The position numbers were made by a program, and so were the translations under genes. A stretch of DNA of 64,000 bases. It comes from Basidiobolus meristosporus CBS 931.73 (taxonomy: Eukaryota; Fungi; Basidiobolomycota). Below the pieces are notes generated by a model. That model was not told the origin of the DNA, did no database searches, and worked only from the letters and a program-made list of their open reading frames with translations. Shown one piece after another: positions 47,595 through 61,400 of this stretch. The first letter of the stretch is position 1; each line of letters opens with the position of its first letter. Location of the stretch: contig MCFE01000018.1 in NCBI GenBank assembly GCA_002104905.1, positions 124,001 through 188,000 of the forward strand, written 5' to 3'.

Positions 47595-49110
47595 CTCTGG
47601 GCAATAGAATTGTGCTGCGCAGACCTATTATTTCAGGGTTGTGGCTGACTTATTCAGGGGCTAGCAAGTTCGGTATCGAATTTTCATTTGTCGTCTATTG
47701 CATCATGCGCTGTGATATCATGATTCTGGGTCGTTGTTAGCAGTTTTGAACAGAAATCCAGAATTGTCATTCCCAACCAATCAGATATTCTAGTGGTAAC
47801 CGAGATCTACGGAGTTATGTGTACAGATAGGCCAAATTTGAGTGTGATAAACCTCTCTTCATAAGTGGCACACATACAGTAGTTAGGCAAGAACATAGAC
47901 TGTATAATACCTGGAACTTTTATTTTTGCGTTGTTCTAAGGATAAATTTGTTCTGATTCTCCAAATACAATAATTCGCACTACCTTGCTGTGGATATGAA
48001 GTACTCGACATCTGGGGTGATTTGGCACAACTAATTGGAACTGATAAATCAATCTGAATATTCTATACTGTTGATAAGGAGCCGGTCGCAACTCCTCATG
48101 CCATTATCTGTTGACACATAATCATACTGCTAAGTTGGATACTACAGTTCGTACTTCATCACCATTAGCGGACTAGCCAGTTTATATGTATACTCAAGTA
48201 TTGTCTGGGGTACTGGCTCTATCCCAATCACGCTTCTATACCGAATTAAGGCGTTTTCCTCACAGATAGATAGCAAGAGTCATTAAATAGGTTCTGTACG
48301 GTTCTATCAGCACAAGCAGTATGCAGATACAAATCGACGATGTGCAGATGCTAGAATTAGGTGAATCAACTCATGTTGGTAACTGGTTTATCTCCCATAA
48401 TTAACCACTTAGTAGATCTATATCGCCGAAGCATACAATTAGTACAGATTCTCATTGATCTCTACTTTGGGAATAAACGACATGAGAGGTCCAACAATGT
48501 CAATGTGGGAATGGATATCGAGGCCTGGAGCAAAGTGGCTGAATCTGCATTATTTCCCAGGACTTTCGATCATGGCTATGGAATAACAATGCCATATGCA
48601 AGTAGGGGATAAATCATTGCCAAAGATGCAGCGTGAAGCGTAGACTATGGTATGACCAACAGCAAGCCTAGTTTCACTGTACAAAAAGTCAGCCATTGAA
48701 CTAACTATTCTGTTGACAGCATCTCCACTTCACAGCCTTCCATCATGTGGTTACTACTGTACAAGTGCATGTCAAGTTTACTCGAACTTCCACACATGTC
48801 GTGGTATATCTGAATCACATGCCAAATGTGTTGTCAATGTTTAAACAGATAGAACCGTACAGAACCCATTTAACAACTCTTACCACCCATGTATTCAAGG
48901 TAAATCGGTATGTAATTTAAACAATGCAGCTGATTGATTGAGTGCTCTTGAAGTAAACACCTTGACAGCAATACTATAGTTCCAGTTAGTAATTATTTTA
49001 TTGAATTGGATCCAGGTCTGACTATTCACAACAGGGACATAATGGTAACTTAATCAGTGTGACTCAAAAGGTTCATATATGTTAGTAATTATCCTCTATC
49101 AGCTTTAATA

Positions 49111-49421
49111 TGTTGTAAGAGTTTTGGAGATATTGGAAGTGATTGAGAGAACAAGTATATTATATGGCTTTTACTTGGTGATTTATTAAATGTAAAAGTA
49201 GTATTTGTTCTTTTACATGATCTTGGCAAAACAAACATGTAGAATATGTTTAGGAAGGTCCCAAGAACATTTGTGTAAAGTTCGGGACTGTTTGGACAAC
49301 TTTGAGATATTTCATGTTCTGGGGACCTGATATTTTGGTGAAAATATTCTAAGATTTGTAGGCAATGATCCAAGTGACGAAGTTAGGTGAATATATAGGT
49401 GTAATTACGAAATTTACAACA
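49111..49421 (-). mobile_element. Solo Copia LTR with a small internal deletion
   Basis: TGTTGTAAGAG..TTTACAACA; no target-site duplication visible. Confidence 0.88.
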
Positions 49422-52049
49422 GCCTTCACATCATAGCCATTTAATGTAGTCACTGGATTACAAAAACATATTTCCCTGATGATCCCACCAAATGACAATC
49501 ACTAAACTCTGATCCAAGGACATTGAGTTGCTCATATCTTTAGACACCTTGCCAATACTTCTGCAATGCAAATGACTTTATATTTACCAAAACTTGACCA
49601 AAATGCATTCCACATGTTGCATTTATTGCCACTAGCCAGATGCGTATCATAGAGGTTCAATTAGATATTCTATACGAAGGATTGCAAGGTATATGCGAAT
49701 AAATCAACTACCTTCCAATATTTCAGCTCAACAAGAAATATTTACACCCAGGTAGCTCATCCAATGGGTTATTGCTTGTTGAGAATCAGTTGCTTGCGAA
49801 TCTGGATCACAAGATGACTAGACTATTCGTGACTCACGAATACAAAACGCGTTGTGTATTTCTAAAAGTAGATGGTTAAAAATGATTCAATTGCAATGCT
49901 GATCACTCCTTGATTTTAGTCCTGAGACGCGTCATGCTCTAGCAGGCATCATTGGTAGAGTGGTTATCATGCTGTCACTATATATAGCGGAAATACACAT
50001 TTGATGACTTCTCAAGTCAATGGATTCAGAGCTCCGTACCGCAATGCTTTGGATAATACTCTGTTCAGCCCAGGATAGCCAATGAAGAGTATTCTCAAAG
50101 TTGATGCTTAAAAGTGTTTCAAATGAGTGCAATGCTGATCACTACTTGATTTTAGTGCTGAGGCGAGTAGTGATTAGCCCTGCCATCATATATATATATA
50201 TCGGAAAAAGGAATATGATAACTTTTCAAGAGTGTTCATTGGATCCTGAGCTCCGTACCGCAGTGCTTTGGGTACTATTCTGTTTGGCCCAAGATGGCCA
50301 ATGAGCAGTATCCGAGATCCTTCAAAATACTTCGGGGGTATACTGTATACATATCAGGGGTCGGCGGAGACTATAAATTAATGACTACCGCTAGATGATT
50401 GATTAAGTATTTCTCCGCTCTTTATAATATCTTTGATCAGCCGATTCCGTGATTTGCCCTGCGTCTGCGTGGTGCCACCGTATTCCGTTTCCAGCTGTAG
50501 GATGCCGCCCAGTACCCTTGTACTTTGTGAAGGTTGCCAGAAAGTTATCGGTGTTACTATGTTGAAATGAGCAGATCTATGAATAAAAGCTTTTCAAGGA
50601 TATCATTGTTTTTATGAAGTAGTCTACCTTGTCATTGCTACTTGATACGGTTTTAATCAATACCTGACTCGTTGTGAGTTTGGTGGAAGCACAGATATCG
50701 CGGGCTAGCAATATTTGTAACATAGTGCTGGTGCATTCTGAAACTCAAGAGCCCAATGCATCCAATATTAAACTGTGATACATAGAACCTCATCTGTGGA
50801 AAGTTCCCCGGTTATTTTACCCTGGCTGGCATACTTTATCCAGGCTTTCAATCCAGCAATCTATGGGTATTTGCACCGGTAAATAATAGAGTAATAGTCG
50901 GATTTTGATGTGTGGCAATTTGTATCTCTGTGCTTAGTAACACTCTACTGTTCCCAATAATTCTTTCAGTAATTACCTAATTTCTTGCCGTTCTAGAGAG
51001 TGCATAGGCATAAATTTGGGTTTAAGGTTATTATGGTGACTGAATAGTATACCAAGCACTAGCATATCACTAACAAAACTCAACTGACGGTTGATACTGT
51101 TGTCTGAAATGTTATATCCTCGCAGAATGCTGTCGCCTGAGCTAGAATGTAATCGAAATAGGATGAGTGAATTCATTGCGCATCTTTTAGTTATGCTAAT
51201 GGAAAATAATAATTAGCCCAGAAGTACTTTTGAATCACACTCCATAAATTTCACGCTTCATGCCTATTAAGAACAACTTGACCTTAATCCAGTTCAATAA
51301 AATAATTACCAACTGAATTCTAGTATCACGGTCAAAAGATAAACTTTATTCCCTATGTAATACAAACAATGTGACTGATTGATTGGCAGTTCTTTAATAA
51401 CTCTCACCACCCATCTGTGAGGATAAAGCCTTAAAGGGATAAGTACGGTTTTATCGGTAAAAGATGTATTCAGATAGAAATCGATGAGGTGCAAGTGAAT
51501 ATATGCCCGGATATACCTGAAATGGGTAGATTCTCTTTTGTTCATACCTTGCTTATCCCAATGGATCAGCCACTCGGTAGATCGAGATTGTCTAAGGATC
51601 CGATTAGTGCTGATTTACATTGACCTCTATGCTGGGTGCAAATAACATGTGAGGTTCAACGATGTGAATGTTGCAATAGATATAGAGGGCTGGTGCAAAG
51701 TGGCCGAGTCTGCATTACTATCAATGGCTGTTGACCATAGGCTCTCGGATTGATAATGCTATATGCGAGGAGTGGATAAATCATAACCAAAGATACAGCA
51801 TAAAAGGCAAATTACGGCGTGTGCAGGTGAATATATGCTCAGATATACCTGAACAAGGTGGATCTCATTTTCAAAAATGACTTATCTCCCAGATTTAGCC
51901 ACATGGTGTATCTAGATTGATGAAGCATCCGATTGGTACCGATTCCAATGTGGGAATGGATATAGAGGCTTGGAGCAAAGTGACAGACTCAGCTTTATCA
52001 CCGATATCTGTCGACTATGACCCCGGAACAATATGCTATACGCAAAAAG

Positions 52050-53670
52050 GGAAAAATTATTACCAAAGATGCAGTATAAAAGGCAGGCTATGAGATGACA
52101 AACAGCAAGCCTAGTTCCACTCTACAAAAAGCCCGCCGTTAGACTGAATATTCCGTTCGCAGTGTCTCTGCTTGGCAGCCTTGCATCTGGAGGTCATTGC
52201 TCTACCAGTGCCGGTGTCGTTGACATGAGCTTCCAAGCGTGTCATGTTGAATCCGAACCTCAAGTCGCCAGCGTAAAGTCAAAGTATGTTTGATGTAATG
52301 ACTAGAGTACTTGTAAAGAATAAAACGTCTATCGAGGGTGAATCTTAGTTGAATGTATGATATGGGTTGGGTTGAGTAATTGTGAATGGACACAATCTCT
52401 CCTGTAAGGGAGTAGGAAACATTGGGCTCGGGTAAGGCAAGTATAGTAGCTTAATATGGATTTAATTTTGCACCATATTTATATACAAATGGCCAGAACC
52501 AAGCATGAATAATTCTGAACTGTGGAGGGGTTATATTTCACATTAAGTAAATTACATTGATTTCATTCCCACATTCATGAGTTTAACAATGTCTACTATG
52601 CCGCTTATCATACCATGAGTATGGGCCTTTGTATATACAACCAACGTAAACTTAAAATCCTGCGCAACGTTGAAGAGGAAGAACCCATGGATATTATACA
52701 CAGTGGTAATTTGATTGGAAATGGAGCCAGTCAAATTGCGATGGCGTAAACTGCAGAAATCTCCACTAAATGCCATAGGATTGATTATACCCGGTGTATT
52801 TCAGTTATGCTTTGGTGGACACAAGAGCATTTTGGCGGTCGTATCTGACGTTGGGGTGGGTAGAAGGCTTGTTCACTGACGCCAAAGCTAACGAAGTCTC
52901 AGCTCAGAACGCATTGACTTGGAGGACGTCCGAACTGCCGAATTTCTATCAGGTCTTCTGAATCGACTAATATCGTAACCAAGTACTGCTGTACATAACA
53001 TTGGTGTACATTAACGTATTTATGCATTTAAAGGATGAGAACTTCATGCCCTTCACTACCATTCAAGCTGGGTAGGTGACACATTAAGAAATATGGACAG
53101 TTAAGTTGTTATACTCTAACTAAATAACTGTTAGATTCAGACAAAAGAAAGGCTCTCCCAGATATGCCATGATAAAATTCGTCGAATGAAAGCCACATCC
53201 TTGTTCGATATACATATCCTCAGAAACCTTCGACACTCCGGAACCAAAAATTCGCAGGTTTAGCATCCATACTAAGATACCATACTTAGATTACCCGAGC
53301 CCAACGTTTCCTACTCCCTTACAGGAGAGATAGTGTCCATTCACAATTACTCAACCCAACCCATATCATACATTCAACTAAGATTCACCCTCGATAGACG
53401 TTTTATTCTTTACAAGTACTCAAGTCATTACATCAAACATACTTTGACTTTACGCTGGCGACTTGAGGTTCGGATTCAACATGACACGCTTGTAAGTTCA
53501 TGTCAACTACACCGGCACTGGGACAGTAGTGACCTCCAGATGGAAGGCTGCCAAGCGGAGACGCTGCAAACGGAATATTCAGTCTAACGGCGGGCTTTTT
53601 GTAGAGTGAAACTAGGCTTGATGTTTGTCAAACCCTAGTCAGCCTTTTATGCTGCATCTTTGGTAATGAT
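52050..53670. repeat. Fold-back inverted repeat 2: arms about 52050-52460 and 53270-53670
   Basis: The inner about 210 bp are nearly perfectly complementary, the outer part more diverged; spacer about 800 bp, homologous to the spacer of repeat 1. Confidence 0.9.
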
Positions 53671-56600
53671 TTATCCACTCCTTGCGTATGACATTATTGA
53701 TCCGGGGTAATGATCGACAGTTATTGGTAATAATGCAGAGTCTGCCACTTTGCTCCAGGCCTCTATATCCATTCACACATTGACATCGTTGGACCTCACA
53801 TGTCGTTTATTCCCAAAGTAGAGATCAATGAGAATCTGTACTAATTGTATGCTTCGGCGATATAGATCTACCAAGTGTTAATATATTTCCAGGGTTGTAT
53901 CTGGATAGAATATTTACTCACGAGTAGCCATCTTGGTAATGATTTTTCCATTTGTTTTAATATGCCTGTTGTGATATCCCGATGCCGGGTCATGGCCTTC
54001 AGTTCTGTACAGAAATCAAGAATCTTTATTTTGCATCAATCAGGCACTTTGGGAGTAACCCAGATCTATGCAGTTCCTATGCGTCAAGATAGCCTCAATA
54101 TGGGCGTGAAACACCCTTAGATCTAATATGTTTCAGCCATAAGCATCTGCTAATCCTCGAGTTGTATCAAAAAACTACGCATCTGGAGGGAGCCATTGGC
54201 ATCTTATTTAATTATCCCCCTCACTCCAGTAGGCATTAAATCAACCTTTGGTAAGTGGCACATATACCGTAACTAGCTTGTCAGTAATGTGAACTAAAAG
54301 ATATTTATATCTTGTATTTTTTGTATTGTTGTTCCAGAGAGAAATATGATCTGATACTCTTGTTGTTTTCAGTAAGCGGCATAATGATTGGCAGCACCTT
54401 GCCGTGGATATGAGATATGTTTCACTTGTTGGATGGTTTGAATCAACTAATCGAATTGATAAATCTATCCGAATATCTACACACTTGACATGGTGCCGCT
54501 CAGAATTCATCATGCCATCATCTGTTGACATATAATCATACTACTAAGTTGGAAACCAGGGTCCGTATTTCACCACAGTTTAGCGGACTACCCGGTTGAT
54601 AGGTATAAATGTGTCAGCCAGGATACGATTATAGTGATGCGCTATATAATGCTGCCAACAGTTATGCATTTTGCTTTCAAGTATGGCGTAGTGCATAATC
54701 AATCGACTATTTATAATACGTTTCTGTAGCCAGTTGAGCAATGGCTCTACATCAAGGCCATCATTGCAATGTTATCCCCATGCTACTGACCGGGGAATTA
54801 GCATTATCACAATCGTGCTACCATCAGATGTGAGCATTAGCATCTGGTGACAAAAGCAAACCTATCAAGATATTTTCATTAAGACCCACCAATCTATCAG
54901 TCGCATTGTTGGCATTGCATGACGATTTAAGGCATTACCTTTCGCAGATTTGTGGTGAGAGTTGTTAAAGGGATTTGTACGGTTCTATCAGTAGAAGCAG
55001 TAGTCGTATAGAAATCAATCAAGTGCACGTGGAATATATGCTCCGATATACCTGAATTGGCTGGATTCTCTCATGTTCGTAACTGGTTTATCTCAGTCAA
55101 TCAGCCACTCGGTGGATCGAGATTGCTGAAGGTTCCGATAAGTGCTGATTTGCATTAACCTCTACGTCGGGAACAGATGACATATGCAGCCCACTTCACT
55201 ACCATTAAAACTGGGTAGGTGACACATTGGGAAAAATGGTCACAGCAGGTTTCCTGAAGTCGGTAAACACTTCCGCCAAATTACTGATGAATTTAGTCGA
55301 AAGCAAGGCTCTCTGGGATATTTCACGATACCAGTATGCTGAGCGAAAACCAGATGTTTGTTCTGCCTGCAAATCTCCAAACGCCCTCAAACGGTTCGCG
55401 ACTGCGTACGCCGGGCTCAGCTGTTTGAAATTTGTATCTACATCCGTATGTTTACTTCATTTTTATCATAGCAATCCCATTATGTATATTACGCGACGTT
55501 GAATTTATGCTCAGCTACTAAACTTGCAACACTCCAACACGAATATTCCTTAATCCCTCACAGAAGAAATAGTGCCCATACATGACTAACAAACCTAGAC
55601 CATATCATACATTCACCCTCGATAGACGTTTTATTCCTTACAAGTACTCTAGTGGCTACAGCAAATATACCGTGACTTGATGCTGGTGACCTGCGTTACG
55701 GATATAACATGACACGCTTGGAAATAGACGTGTGCACTGGTACTGGTACAAGAGTAACCTCCGGATGGAAGGCTGTCAAGCGGAGACGCTGCAAACGGAA
55801 TATTCAGTCTAACGGCGGGCTTTTTGTAGAGTGAAACTAGGCTTGATGTTTGTCAAACCCTAGTCAGCCTTTTATGCTGCATCTTTGGTAATGATTTATC
55901 CACTCCTTGCGTATGGCATAATTGTTCCAGGGTCATGATCGAAAGCTATTGGTAGCAATGCAGAGTCTGCCACTTTGCTCCAGGCCTCTATATCCATTCA
56001 CACATTGACATCGCTGAGCTTCACATGACATTTGTTCCCAATGTAGAGGTCAACGCGAATCATCACTAATCGGAACCTGCAGCAATATCGATCTACCGAG
56101 TGGCCGATTCCCTGAGATAAGCCAGTCACATTCACATTGCTGGGCTGCACATGTCATCTGTTCCCGACGTAGAGGTTAATGCAAATCAGCACTTATCGGA
56201 ACCTTCAGCAAGCTCGATCTACCGAGTGGCCAATTCACTGAGATAAGTCAGTTATGAACATGAGAGAATCCAGCCAATTCAGGTATATCCGAGCATATAT
56301 TCCATCTGCATATCGTCAATTTCTATCTGAATACTGCTTGTACCGATAGAACCGTACAGATCCCTTCAATAACTCTTGCCACCTATCTGTGAGGATAAAG
56401 CCTTAAAGAACCGCCAATCAATCAGTCGCCTTGTTTGCATTGCCCAGGGAATTAAGTTTATATCTTGAAAATGATGGTCCAATTCAATAAAATAATTGCC
56501 AACTGAATTCTAGCAAGGTCAAGTTATTTATAATAGGTATACAGTGTTAAATTTATGCAGTGCAATTCAATAGCACTTCTGGGCTAGTGATTATTCTCGG

Positions 56601-57569
56601 TTAGCATGAAAAATGAAAGCGCAATGAATCAACTCAACATATTTCTATTTCATTCTAGCTCAGTCAACATCATTCTGGGAGGTTATAATATTTCAGGCAA
56701 CAGTATAAAAAGTTGGTTGCGTTTAGTTTGCGATATGCTAGTGCTTGGTATACTATTCAATCACTACAATTGCCTTGCACCAAAATTTATGCCTATACAT
56801 TCTCTAGTACGGCAAGAAATTAGGTAATTACTGAATTCGCCTTAGAGATCAAAATCCGACTATTACTCCATTATTTACCAGTGCAAATACCCATGAATTA
56901 CTGGATTGGAACTCTGGACTTAGGCTGCTAGCTAGGGTAGAATACCCAGTGTGCTTTCTTCTAACCACATTCGAAATATATTTTATATACACAGTAATTG
57001 ATTTTGGTTTTTGAACCTCAATGTCAAATAAGGCTGCATACCTGGCAGTTCAGTCAAGTGGGCAAGTTAATATTACTGGTGAGTAATGATGATCCACCAT
57101 ATTTCTGCTACGCGATAACAATATATCTGCCATTTGGTTGTATTCATCATGTGTCGTGTGTTGATGAATCCGTAACAAGCACCAATGACAGGGTAAGCGA
57201 TAAAAAACTAAATAGAAATTTTCTGAAAAGCGCTTGTTCGCTAATCTACTCAATTCGACATAGTAGCACCGATGACTTCCTGAAAACCTTCAAACCCCAC
57301 GATGTACGAGGGTGTTGCAATGTCAGACTTGCATGATCCAACAGCTTGAAAGGGAATACGGTTGTTACCACGCAAACAGAGTAAATGACGAAATCGGCTA
57401 ATTGTAAATATTATCAGGATAGGAGAAATACTTGTTCCATTACCTAATGGAGTCCTTTTCTTTATATGCCGCCTACCCCTGGCCTACATGCACTTAAAAG
57501 GGTCTTGAGTGCCTTCTTACGTCACTAGCATTGCTTATTAAAGCATTTGCCTCTTCCTTCTTATTAGTG

Positions 57570-58401
57570 CTTGATTATCTTAATTCCTCATCCAGGAGCC
57601 TTCCATATATGTAATTTAGAGTCAATTCTTCATTTCTGTACTCTAGGGCCGATACGAGGCCCCAAAGCCTATCTATCAGACTATTCAGGTGGGTAACAGT
57701 CACATCTTCATCAGCGGTTTATACACCTACTGATTCCATCACATACGCCAACAGAGTAATTCTGTTGATTAGATTTTTCATTACTTCCTCTGGAAGCATC
57801 TTAGTAGCGTTGAATTAGCAATTTGTTTTTAAAATTAAGGCAAATGCAGTTGGAGGCACTTTGTTCTTTCCTCTGGTACTTTAAAGCTTTTTTTGCTACA
57901 CTATTAGGAGGGCATTCTTCTCCCATGACAATATCCCAGAGGTCTCATTCCTGTAGCACCATCTTCATCTTCACCATCTAGACTTAATATTCAGATCCAT
58001 CCAACTTTTCATCACAGTGGGAAACTACAGTAATAGTGGTATTAGACATTTCTAGGTGCTGTGAAAATCGTACTTGCACCTCATCATTCACCTAATTTAG
58101 TCACTTGGACCATTACCTACAAATCTTAGAGAATTCTGACTAAATTCCTTCTCGGGATTTAATAAGATTATTTTCGCCAAGATACCAGGTACCCATAACA
58201 TGAAACTTGATAAGTTGTCCAAACAGCCCCAAACCTTGCACACATGTTCTAGGAAGATTCCTAAACATATTACACATGTTTATTTTTGAAGACCATATAA
58301 AGGTATAAATACTACTTTTACATTCAATGAATCAATAAGTGAAAACCACATATTCTACTTATTCTCCCAATCACTCCCAACATCTTCAAAACTCTTTCAA
58401 C
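57570..58401. mobile_element. Minus-strand Copia gag fragment (57570-58050) joined to an opposite-orientation LTR (58058-58401)
   Basis: 57590-57780 matches element B gag (CCAGGAGCCTTCCATATATGTAATTT); LTR motifs end in TTCAACA. Confidence 0.85.
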
Positions 58402-61400
58402 ACAAACAGGAGCAGCTTGTGGTTCACTGCCTGTTAGTTTGTTTTTAATAACTGTAGTCCACCTTTTTACTCCAAGCTTTCATATCCGCTCCCATATTCA
58501 CATGGTTGACCCATAATACCATCTGTTTGCTTTGTAGAACCAAATGTGAACTGATACCAATTAGGTGTACTGTCAATCTAGATCTACCGATTAGCTAGTT
58601 AAATGTGTCAGTCGATCCACCTAATTCCGGTATTGTTCATTGTCAATTTCTAACCAAATGCAGTTTACACCAATAAAACCTCATTTATTAACACTCTCCA
58701 CCCATGTGTGAGGAAAATACCATTAATCGGTAAGCGCTCTAAATAATGTGACTAATTGATTGTCAAGATGAGGGTAAATTATTTTTGCATCGTGTTTCCT
58801 ATGTGACCTATAAAACGATTCGTAGCCATATAGTAGCTGATTTGTTAATCGACAGGTTTCGACGCTAGTATCTTAATAAAGTTACGCTTTATGATAATGA
58901 CCACAAGTAAGGGTAGCATAATTGGGATAGTGTTAATGCTTCAACTATTAACAACTATGTAACATTGTCCGGTTCCTACTCAGCATGCGTGTAGACTCTC
59001 TTATCATCAATTGCTATTTGGGGATGAAGTATAAATTTAAATACATCTAACTCCGGTATTTCTCAGTCAAGAGCATCTACGAATTGTCAAGTAATCAAAA
59101 ACCTGTGGATGGGGATGAAACCATTGCCATCTAATTTAATAACTACCCCTACTCAGGGTGGAGTTTTATCTCCTTTCGGCAAGTGGCGCACATATCATAC
59201 CAATTTTGTCAGTAACATGAACTATATAATTCCGAGATCTTTTATATTATGCATTATTATTCTAAACAGAAATGTGATCTGATAAAACTGCCTTTTTCAG
59301 TGAGCAGTACATTGATTGGCACTACCTTGCTATGGGTATGAAATATTAAACAAATAATATGGATTGAATCAACTAGCGGAATTAATATACCAATCCAAAT
59401 ATTCTACAATATTGACAAGGTACCGCTTACAATTCTTCATGCCATCATCTGTTGACATATGATCATAGTATTAAGTTAGATACAAGGGTGCGTACTTGAT
59501 CGCGTTTTAGCGGACTAGCCAGTTAATAGGCAAAGTCAAGACAGCCAGGACCCACTTATCGTGATGCGATATGTAATATCATCAACAGTTATGCATTTTG
59601 CTTTCAAGTATAACGTAGTGCATAATTAATCGATTTTTTATTTTACATTTCTGTGGCCATTTGCGAAATGGCTTTCCATCTATGCTACTGACCGGAGCAT
59701 CGGCACTTTCACAATCACACTACCACCGGCAGTGATCATGTGCATTGAAAGACATAAGCAACTCAAGATATTAGCGATGAGTTCTGCCAATCAACTAGTC
59801 AGACTGCTAGTATTGCATACCAAATTAAGGTGTTAGTATCTCAGATGGTTGGTGAGAGTTATTAAACAGGCTCTACAAGGATCTATCGGTTGAATCAGTA
59901 ATCAGATAGCAACTGACGATTTGTGGACATATGATCAGATATACTTGAATTGGGTGGATTCTCTCATGTACATAACTGGCTTATTTCAGTGAAGTATCTA
60001 CTCGGTGGCTCTAGACTGATGAAGCATTGGATTAGTGCTGTTCACATCGATATCTACGTAGGGAACAAATGACATGTGAAGCCTAGCAATGTGAATATGG
60101 GAATTGGTAAAGAGGCCTGGAAGAAAGTGGCTGACTCTGTATTACTACCAATGACTTTCGATCATGACCCTGTGAAAAAAATGCCATACAGAAGGAGTGG
60201 ATAAATCATTACCAAAGATGCAGCATAAAAGGCTGACTAGGGCTTGACAAACATCAAGCCTAGTTTCACTCTACAAAAAGCCCGCTGTTAGACTGAATAT
60301 TCCGTTTGCAGCGTCTCTGCTTGGCAGCCTTCCATCTGGAGGTCATTACGGTACCAGTACCGGAGAAGTTCGCATGAATTTTCAAGCGTGTCATGTTATA
60401 TCCGAACCGCAGGTCGCACAAGACAAAGTTTATTTGTTGTCACGTCTAGAGTACTTGTAAAGAATAAAACATCTATCGAGGGTAATTCTTAGTTGTATAT
60501 ATTGTATAGTTTAGGTTTGATATTTATGAATGGATACTATCTTCTATGGGGGAATAGGAAGTATTAGAGCTTGAAAGTTGGAGGTATAGTAGTTTTGCAT
60601 GGATTTAACGTTGCGCTATATAATTCTGGATTCTAAAGATAAAAAATTAATTAAACCCTAACCCCGCTACCAAAGCTGGGCATGTTCGGTTCCGCACTTA
60701 ATAGGTTTCTGAGAATATCGAAAAAATTATGGTATTTATTCGGCGTACAGGTGTCGTCAAATATCCCAGAGAGCCTTGCTTTTGACTAAATTCAACAATA
60801 ATGTAGTGAAAGAGTCTACCGATGTCAGGAAACCTGTTGGGATCATATCTCCCAATGTTTCACCTATCCAGTTTAAATGGTAGTGAAGAGCATTAGACTT
60901 TTGAACCTGTGCTTGGGCGTTCATGATTTGATCGGTCATGTATCGATGATCATCTTTTAAATGCATAAATATGTTATTGTAAACCAATATACTGAAGAGC
61001 AATGCAATTATGAGTCGATTTAGAGAAGCTTACAGAAATTCGGCAGTTCAGAGGGCCTCCGAGTCGACGCGTTCAGAACTGAGTATTCATTGGCTTTGGC
61101 ATAATTGAATACGTCTTCCGCCCATCCCAACGTCAGATACGGCAATCAGAACGCCCTTATGTCCACCAAAGCAGCACTGAAATACACCGAGTATAATCAG
61201 TCCTATGGCTTTTATTAGAGATTCCTGCAGCGAATACCATAGCAATTTGACTGATCCCATTTGCATTTAATTTACCACTGTACATGGTATTCATGATTCC
61301 CTTCACTACATTGTTGCTCAGGGTTTTACCTGCTCATTTACTGGAAAGACAGAGGTCAATACTTGTGGTACGATGGGTAACGCAGCAGGAATTACTTCAA

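Noticed and set aside
46452-53587. Identical 63-84 aa ORF MSIHNYSTQP.. called four times
   Set aside because: A by-product of near-identical repeat arms. The frame is broken in the 63.7 kb copy, and third-position variation supports the opposite strand.
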